NCBI GenBank assembly: GCA_904063045.1
Contig: CAJFCJ010000005.1
Span: 2,396,088 to 2,460,087, forward strand
Direction of reading: 5' to 3'
Length of the DNA stretch: 64,000 nucleotides
Source of the DNA: Dimorphilus gyrociliatus
Lineage: Eukaryota > Animalia > Annelida
In this document: positions 57,201 to 64,000 of the stretch, piece after piece
How positions within the stretch are numbered: the first letter of the stretch is position 1
How the letters are laid out: each line of letters opens with the position of its first letter
Made by a program: the position numbers and the translations under genes
The notes under the pieces: generated by a model
Databases searched by the model: none
Told to the model about the DNA's origin: nothing
The model's input: only the letters and a program-made list of their open reading frames with translations

Positions 57201-60121
57201 AATAATCAAACCGTTGATAACATTACGCAATATCTAAGTTTAACAAACTTTTCCGGCTGTCCAATAGGAACTTTTGAATGTAGATATGGAAGATTTTGCA
57301 TTAGTTCCAATTACGTTTGTGATGGTTATTCGGATTGTTTATATTGGGAGGATGAAGTTAATTGTACATCAATTTATCATTTCAAGTGTACATCGGGTGA
57401 ATTAATTAATGTAAGATTAGTATGCGATATTATAGGTGACTGTAAGGATGGGAGTGACGAAGCAAACTGTTGTAAGTTATATGTTTGTTAAATTCTCGTA
57501 ATTAGCCTATTAATTCAAGAAATATAATAAAACCAGCCTTTCTATGTCAGTCGACAAAGTAAGATTAACGCAAGTTATTAAGGACTCATTTAATAAAGTT
57601 TATAATTTATCAGATGCGATAATGGACAATGTATATATCCGGAAGATTTATGCGATAATCAGAGACATTGCGTTGATAGCAGTGATGAAAACTGTAGTCC
57701 TCGTATGTATAGAACTTGTTAATACTATTCACTACTATTAAATGAAATCAAATCAAAACTAAGCCTGTACCGAAAAGAAATTTCAATGCGGTAATAGATG
57801 TGTACCTATAATTAATCAATGCGATATGAAAACGGATTGTGAAGATATTCTCTCCTCTCATAAATCTTTGTCGTGCTTTAAAGAATTCAACTCAAAGATG
57901 AATAGAACAAGATCATTTTGGCATATATCTTTAAAAGATACTCTTTGTCATCTAATTTACGATTCTATGGAAAATATGCTAATTGAAATTCATTTTCCTT
58001 TCTACAATTTGCAATTTTGTCGTACAAGTAAAAAGTGTCAACAAGGAGAATATAAATGTCAAAAAGTGAACTATTGTATATCAATCAATCAAGTATGCGA
58101 CGGTTTAAGTCATTGTCTATATCTAGATGATGAAATTGATTGCCGTAAGTTTCATCACCTTGAGAAGATTTTATACTGGTTCATATGAAAAAAAGGTCAC
58201 TATTTGCTGTTTAAGAGGATATTGTAAGAAATGAAAAGAAAGCATTGATTACCTAAACCATAAGCAAAACTTATCCTCCCTAACTGCAAATCGACTGGCC
58301 ATTTTTAAGTGAACTAGGGTCAAATTACATAACATTTTAATTTTAATTTTTAATGTTTAGATCATTTTGCACCAAAAGGATATTTTAAATGTCGTTTACA
58401 AAATCGTTATCTAAACTTTTATCAAGTCTGCAATAGAAAACTGGAATGTCTACACGGCAATGACGAATACTATTGTATGTTAAATAAAAATTGCCCTAGA
58501 AACTGTACATGCAATCAATCTTTTGGAATGATTTGTAATCAATCATCAATAGTCGATTTAATATATGAATCCGCTAGAACAGTTCAACTAATATTACCAA
58601 ATGATAGTATTTATCATTATCTACAAAATTCCGCCTATATCGTCTATTTAAACATTTCGTTTGGACGAATAACGCATTTTCTGATTAGAAATTATCCAAA
58701 TCTAGCTATATTAGACCTACAAAATAATTTAATTAATAAATTAAATAATTCATTAAATATCATTTTATATAAACTGCAATATTTGGATTTAAAAGACAAT
58801 AGAATACAAGAAATTGAAGATTACTTTTTTAAAATTACTCCTAACTTATTACATCTTGATTTATCTAATTCAAATATTCGATTTATAACTAGTAATAAAT
58901 TAAAAGGACTTGAAAAGTTAACCATGTTAATAATAGTTAAAAGTAACTTGTACAACATTGAAAAAGAATCTTTTAAATACTTTCTAAACTTGAAAGTATT
59001 GTTTATGAATAAAACTCATCTTCCGGAAGATTATTTCAGTGATTTTATATATTTTCTACCGAAATTACAATATCTTAAAAGTGAATATTATCAATTTTGT
59101 TGTTTGGTTAAAAGATTTAGTTTTAATCTTCAAAAATGTCAACCAAAAGAGACAGTACTAAAATCTTGTAAACATCTTATAGGATCATTATTTCTAAGGA
59201 TTATAACTTGGATTATAATTGTATTTTGCCTAATTGGGAATATTTTTAGTTTAGTAGCCAAAATAAAATGTTTTAAATCAATAATATACATCTGGCATAT
59301 TGGATTGAATGTTTCGGATATAATTTCAGCCATTTATTTGACAATTATTGGTATTATTGATCAATACTACTTTGGGAAATATATCCAAAATGATATGGCA
59401 TGGCGGAATAGTATTTTATGTAAAACTATTGGAGTTTTTAACAATTTTGCAATCTTATCATCAACTCTATTCATTCTGGTAATTACCATTGATAGATATA
59501 TTGCTTTTAAGAGTCCTTTTAAAAAACATTATATTGAGAAGACTACTGCAATAGCTGTACTTATGGGGATAATCGTATTAGGCTTTATCCTTTCAACTAT
59601 TCCCTTTCTTTTTAATAAAGTTTGATATAAGAAATTCCATTTTGCCATTTCTTCTATGAGTCTTAATATCTATTTTATAGAAATACTATTCAATATCTAC
59701 AGTTTGTTTTACACTGCATCTAACCCGAAAGAAACATAGAGGATGGCAATATTCTTTTATCGTCTTTAGTTGTTTTATGATGTTGATACGTATATCTATA
59801 ATCTTTCTATATACTTCTATTGTGAAAATAGTACTTGGCTCTAAAAAGCTAATAAGTCAATACCACTATAAGAAACGTAAACGCAAAATGTTATCATTTA
59901 GTTTATTAATCGTTATAACTAATACGTTATGCTGGTTCCCAATTTCACTTTTGAATCTAATGGCTACTTTTAATATATCCAATATTTCTGAAAAGATACA
60001 CGTATGGATAATTATCATTCTTTTACCTTTAAATTCATCGTTAAATCCTTATATTTATTCGATTGGTGAAATCTTACTCCTACTAAAACGGCGAAAGATT
60101 AAATCTGAAGTTGAACAGTAA
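54228..60121 (+). CDS. GRL101/RXFP-like LDLa-LRR GPCR with an extended SRCR-like/C-type-lectin-like ectodomain, multi-exon
   Basis: About six LDLa modules at 57.2-58.5 kb (e.g. CPIGTFECRYGRFCISSNYVCDGYSDCLYWEDEVNC), then LRRs and a 7TM with ITIDRY and LPLNSSLNPYIYS. Intron 59620-59680 joins the 7TM halves. Exons 5' of ~55.9 kb are only partly resolved, so the 5' boundary is uncertain. Confidence 0.75.
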
Positions 60122-60871
60122 AACTTTAAATCTATAATCTGTAGTAGAGTTTTTAATTATCTTTGTTTTCTATGTATAGATTACATATGATGAAGAATTA
60201 TTCTCAACTTAATAAGAATAATCGTTAATAGTTTTTTTTATATCATTATTTTTGTTTCTTTAAAAAAACAAATTAATTAATAATTAATTTCTTTTTTTTT
60301 CAGTATTTCAATTTTTTATGTCAAAAGATAGTTTTTGTTCGAGAAAGCATTTTGAAGATAAGAGTTATCAATTAATAAAATTTGATAAAAGTTTCTTAAA
60401 GTTAAAGATAACTTTTAGAATAATGAAAGTAATCTTTCAAGCTTTTCAAATAATTCATGAACTAAGCGTTTGTATGAATGGAAAATTTTCTGATAAGAAT
60501 ATTCTCTATAATGTATATACTGTTTTACAGTATTACTATTAATACTAAAGTAGTACTTTGTGTTTTTCCTTTAAGATAAAGGAAGATAAATTCAAGATTT
60601 TTCTATACGATCGTTTTGTTTTAACATTCAATGATAACTACGCAAGTGATATATTAAGTTTAGGTTGTTTTCTAAGGAAGATACTCCAAATACAAACTAG
60701 ACGTGGTGAATGAAAAAGATAAAATTAACAATCTCAATTTTATATAGTTATCTTTACAGACTAGGCTAAAGTTGCCCAGATTGGAATATTCTGCATATTC
60801 GTGAAGGAATTTGGTGATAATTGAAAATGCATAAAAAAAAGTAGCAAATATAAGAGCATACTGGAACAAAA

Positions 60872-60945
60872 AGGCTCTGGAGGGATTCGAACCCTCGATC
60901 TCCTGTTTACTAGACAGGCGCTTTAACCAACTAAGCCACAGAGCC
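60872..60945 (-). tRNA. tRNA-Thr(AGT)
   Basis: GGCTCTGTGGCTTAGTTGGTTAAAGCGCCTGTCTAGTAAACAGGAGATCGAGGGTTCGAATCCCTCCAGAGCCT is a canonical cloverleaf. Confidence 0.95.
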
Positions 60946-61145
60946 AAGATAAATTCCACAAATTCTTCATCAATTTTGCATGTTTAAAGCTATACAACTA
61001 TGAAAATAGTCATTCTTTCTACAAACAAATAAGTATATTTTATCTGTTGTATATATAATAGAATCAAACTTTTCCAATATTTACAAACATCTATATGTAG
61101 CATACAAAAGTCAATTATTTCTCTTCTCATAAATGTAAAATATAT

Positions 61146-62474
61146 TCAAAAATATTTCAATAGAATCTCTTTTCCATTTTGACTCTTAACTGCAAAGACG
61201 ATAGTACCATTGTTCTTTGTATAACCAAGTATTTGTCCTTCTATTATATCCTTTTGTTGGTAAATTACTGCTGTTTCAAATTTAGTATTGATTGCATATA
61301 TAAAATTTGCATCGAATAGTAGAATACCATTATTTACTAAATTTATAACTAAACTTTTTAAACAAGTTGCGTAATTGATTGAATTCTTGCACTGAAATGT
61401 TGAATTAACTATAATACTTCTGTTGCTGGTTAATTTGTGAATTTTCATATCTGCTTCTAATAAATATAGAGCGTCATCGTAATATTTTGTGTCAATTATC
61501 ATTTTATCTCCGCTATAGGCTATAAAATTATTTGTAGTACAATCGTAAGTTAGGAGATGATCCCTAACTGAGAAGAACATTTGTTGGATTTCATTTTTAT
61601 TGACGGGTTTAGTTCCCCGAGTAATTGTTAGATTTTCATTTTCCTCTATAGCAGTGAGATTTGGAGCAGCTTTTAATATCCTTGCTTTAGTAATACTCTC
61701 GAATTCGACCAAGAGATAGAGACTTCCGTCAGGACCTCGACATATATCGTAATTTTCCGATTGAAATTTATAGTTTAGATCGTGGGCTACTGTTAGCTTT
61801 CTGGCTTCTTCTTCATCCTTGCATGAAGATTTATATTTTCGATAATCCAAGTTGAATATATATTGTTCGTTGAAATTTTCCACATTAATGAATGTAACGT
61901 CATTTGGTGTTTTTAGAATTGCGTACATTTTATTCGAAAAAGAACGAACTCTTGTAATTATTCCATTTACCGAAATTCTTTTCTCTCGTTGATGTTCGAC
62001 CCTATTATTTGTGTAACTCAACTCACCAAGGACAAAATTTTCTACAATTCCTGCTGAATTGTAAACAACTTCCGGTTTAATGACGTCCCTCTGTATCTTT
62101 TGCAGTTTGCTCTTTATTCCTTCAATTTGATCGTCTAATATACCAGAAGCGGAACTCGTCGTAAAATCAGGTGCTCTTTGTAATAGGGAATAATAATCCA
62201 AAACGTTCTTAAGCTCATTTTGCTGTTGTCCATAAAAACTCTTCAATTCATTAAGCAAGCGGGCTTCCTTATTTTTAATTTGCATAACCATATCCCAAGC
62301 TTGAGTGCTAACCTTCTTCATTTCAGTTTGCTTCTTCTGTTCAATTTTTTGTATATCGTCAAAAACTGACTTTTTCAAATGACCAAAATAACTTGTTTTT
62401 CCATGATTTATCTGTTCAGTAGCAGCTCCACTGCGGGGCCCTACTTCTGGATCCGCTTTAGGTTTATCCTCCAT
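61146..62474 (-). CDS. RING-less TRIM-NHL-like protein (divergent subfamily)
   Basis: Intact 442 aa ORF with coiled coil, YDICRGPDGSLYLLV (NHL-like) and a C-terminus LVINLVNNGILLFDANFIYAIN..AVIYQQKDII resembling the family signature. Confidence 0.75.
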   Translation of the reverse strand: MEDKPKADPEVGPRSGAATEQINHGKTSYFGHLKKSVFDDIQKIEQKKQTEMKKVSTQAWDMVMQIKNKEARLLNELKSFYGQQQNELKNVLDYYSLLQRAPDFTTSSASGILDDQIEGIKSKLQKIQRDVIKPEVVYNSAGIVENFVLGELSYTNNRVEHQREKRISVNGIITRVRSFSNKMYAILKTPNDVTFINVENFNEQYIFNLDYRKYKSSCKDEEEARKLTVAHDLNYKFQSENYDICRGPDGSLYLLVEFESITKARILKAAPNLTAIEENENLTITRGTKPVNKNEIQQMFFSVRDHLLTYDCTTNNFIAYSGDKMIIDTKYYDDALYLLEADMKIHKLTSNRSIIVNSTFQCKNSINYATCLKSLVINLVNNGILLFDANFIYAINTKFETAVIYQQKDIIEGQILGYTKNNGTIVFAVKSQNGKEILLKYF

Positions 62475-62740
62475 AACTTTTCTTTAATAAATATATCAAA
62501 ATATTTTTAATGTTTTCAATAATGTCAAAAATTTATTTAATTTGTTCTTTTACTTACTTAAGATAATAATTTTGTAAATATACCCTTTTGTTTTAGTAAA
62601 GGAACTCCGTTGTCATTTCGTAATCAACAGTCGGAAAAACGTGACTAATGTAAAAGATACCTGCTACTCTTACCAGTTTTCATTACTTTCCACAAATATA
62701 CATGGGGACGTTTTCGGAGGCAAAACGCAATAAATTCTCA

Positions 62741-62753
62741 CAGCGCCACCTAT
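62741..62753 (-). promoter_or_regulatory. CTCF-like motif
   Basis: Minus strand ATAGGTGGCGCTG matches the AGRKGGCGC core. It lies between divergent genes. Confidence 0.55.
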
Positions 62754-63190
62754 AAGTTTAGCAGTCTACCTTATAAATTAGAAAATATACTATAAGTTTA
62801 ATAAGTAAATTTTAAAATCATTGCCTGCCGATTTTAGTTAATAAGTACTTTGCTCGAATCATTTATTGCAAAACCTTTTAATAGAATCAAACAACTCGAA
62901 AGCTCTCATTGAAAATAAATTATGAAATTAAGAATTCTTGGAAATCTACCTGAAAATAAAAAAGACTTTCATTATATAAATTAACTATCTATTCTTTTAT
63001 CGAATACTTAATTTTATATTAAATATGTCGTTAAATCTTAATCCTTTGCGATTTTTATATTGAACAGCAGAGATTCTTTTGTTTCTATTGAATACAAAAA
63101 AAGATTTAAAGAATCGTGAACGACTGCTCTGTTCCTTTCTATCTTATTTGCATTCTAAAAATTGAATCAACCTTTATTATTCTGCTTGTT

Positions 63191-63828
63191 ATGAAGATGA
63201 AACTGAAATATATTCATTGGATATTCTTATACGTTTTAAGTTAGTATAAACATTCCATTATCAACACTTAAATAAATACCTTTTGCAGTTTTACAGACGA
63301 AAGACAGTCTACAAATTAAAAGCATTGCTAGAAATACTCTATCTTATCAAAGTTCTAGATACCAATTTTTCGATGCTAGCAGGGCTAATGATGATATTAT
63401 AGGCTCTAACGCTGCAACTTGCAGTCATACTTTAAATGATCAAAACGCTTGGTGGGCCACAGATTTAGCTGCAATATATAATATTCAAGAAGTCTACCTC
63501 TTGAATCGAAACTCATTTGGTAAGCTTAAATATTCATAAATATTATTTTAATTGTTTCTTTTAAGATTTCAGATTGGCTAATTTTAAAATTTTGGTAAAA
63601 TATTTCATTCATCAAACTTCAATTGGAAGTCTTTGTTTCTACGAAACGGGAACTGTTAAAAAACCAAATTCAACGAATATCGATCAATATCAAAAATACG
63701 AATGTCCACAAAATACTACTGGTTCATTTATTATAGTAGAATTTCAAGCTAAACAATATCTAACCATTTGCGATATTATCGTTGTTGGTGAATTCGTAAA
63801 AGAATCGAGTATTTATAAGATTACATAA
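63191..63828 (+). CDS. Secreted F-type lectin (fucolectin/F5/8C-like) single-domain protein, 3 exons
   Basis: Exons 63191-63239, 63289-63519 and 63566-63828. Motifs YQSSRY..ASRAND..CSHTLNDQNAWWATDL..IQEVYLLNR..RLANFKI..LTICDIIV. Confidence 0.85.
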
Positions 63829-64000
63829 TCAAATTAATAATTATTATCTTAAAATTGTATCTTTGCAATAGAAATAATTCATTTAAATTCAAAAATTAAT
63901 AATATTTTTGCCGGAAATGTTGCTAAATCGGAAATGGAAAAATTATTCGATATGAATATTGCAACTTTTATTAAAACAAGACTTTTACCATCACACCCAA

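Noticed and set aside
632-60959. Short ORFs in the track (e.g. 632, 10763, 11650, 17969, 21319, 21605, 22651, 23248, 23496, 27764, 28222, 35884, 37992, 40868, 42534, 49980, 50572, 59139, 60318, 60672)
   Set aside because: They are antisense or alternative-frame shadows of real genes, tRNA or microsatellite read-throughs, or intron-spanning fragments with no independent coding signal.

Overview
AT-rich animal genomic DNA with very short intergenic gaps and many ~40-110 nt GT-AG introns. This suggests a compact-genome lophotrochozoan, resembling the miniature annelid Dimorphilus; that is inference only, as no database was searched. The window is dominated by 19 members of one TRIM-NHL-like family sharing a coiled coil and a degenerate beta-propeller-like C-terminal domain, none with a visible B-box. 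Eleven lack a RING (nine in a minus-strand tandem array at 3.4-24.4 kb), five are full-length RING-CC-propeller proteins, two are truncated or pseudogenic RING copies, and one is cut by the window edge. Interleaved are a ~2,535 aa CARD-like/NACHT/LRR NLR, two CD225/dispanin (IFITM-like) genes, a trefoil-PAN secreted protein and an F-type lectin, so the locus looks like an innate-immunity cluster. Other content: RPL36A, an SLC16/MCT transporter, an SLC5 symporter, a peptide-type GPCR, a GRL101/RXFP-like LDLa-LRR GPCR, five identical tRNA-Gly(TCC), tRNA-Thr(AGT), an initiator/elongator hybrid tRNA-Met, and an internally deleted BEL/Pao LTR element. The standout observations are the RING-less/RING TRIM-like array around the giant NLR, and a ~430 bp duplication that gives the MCT gene the RPL36A promoter, 5'UTR intron and start codon.
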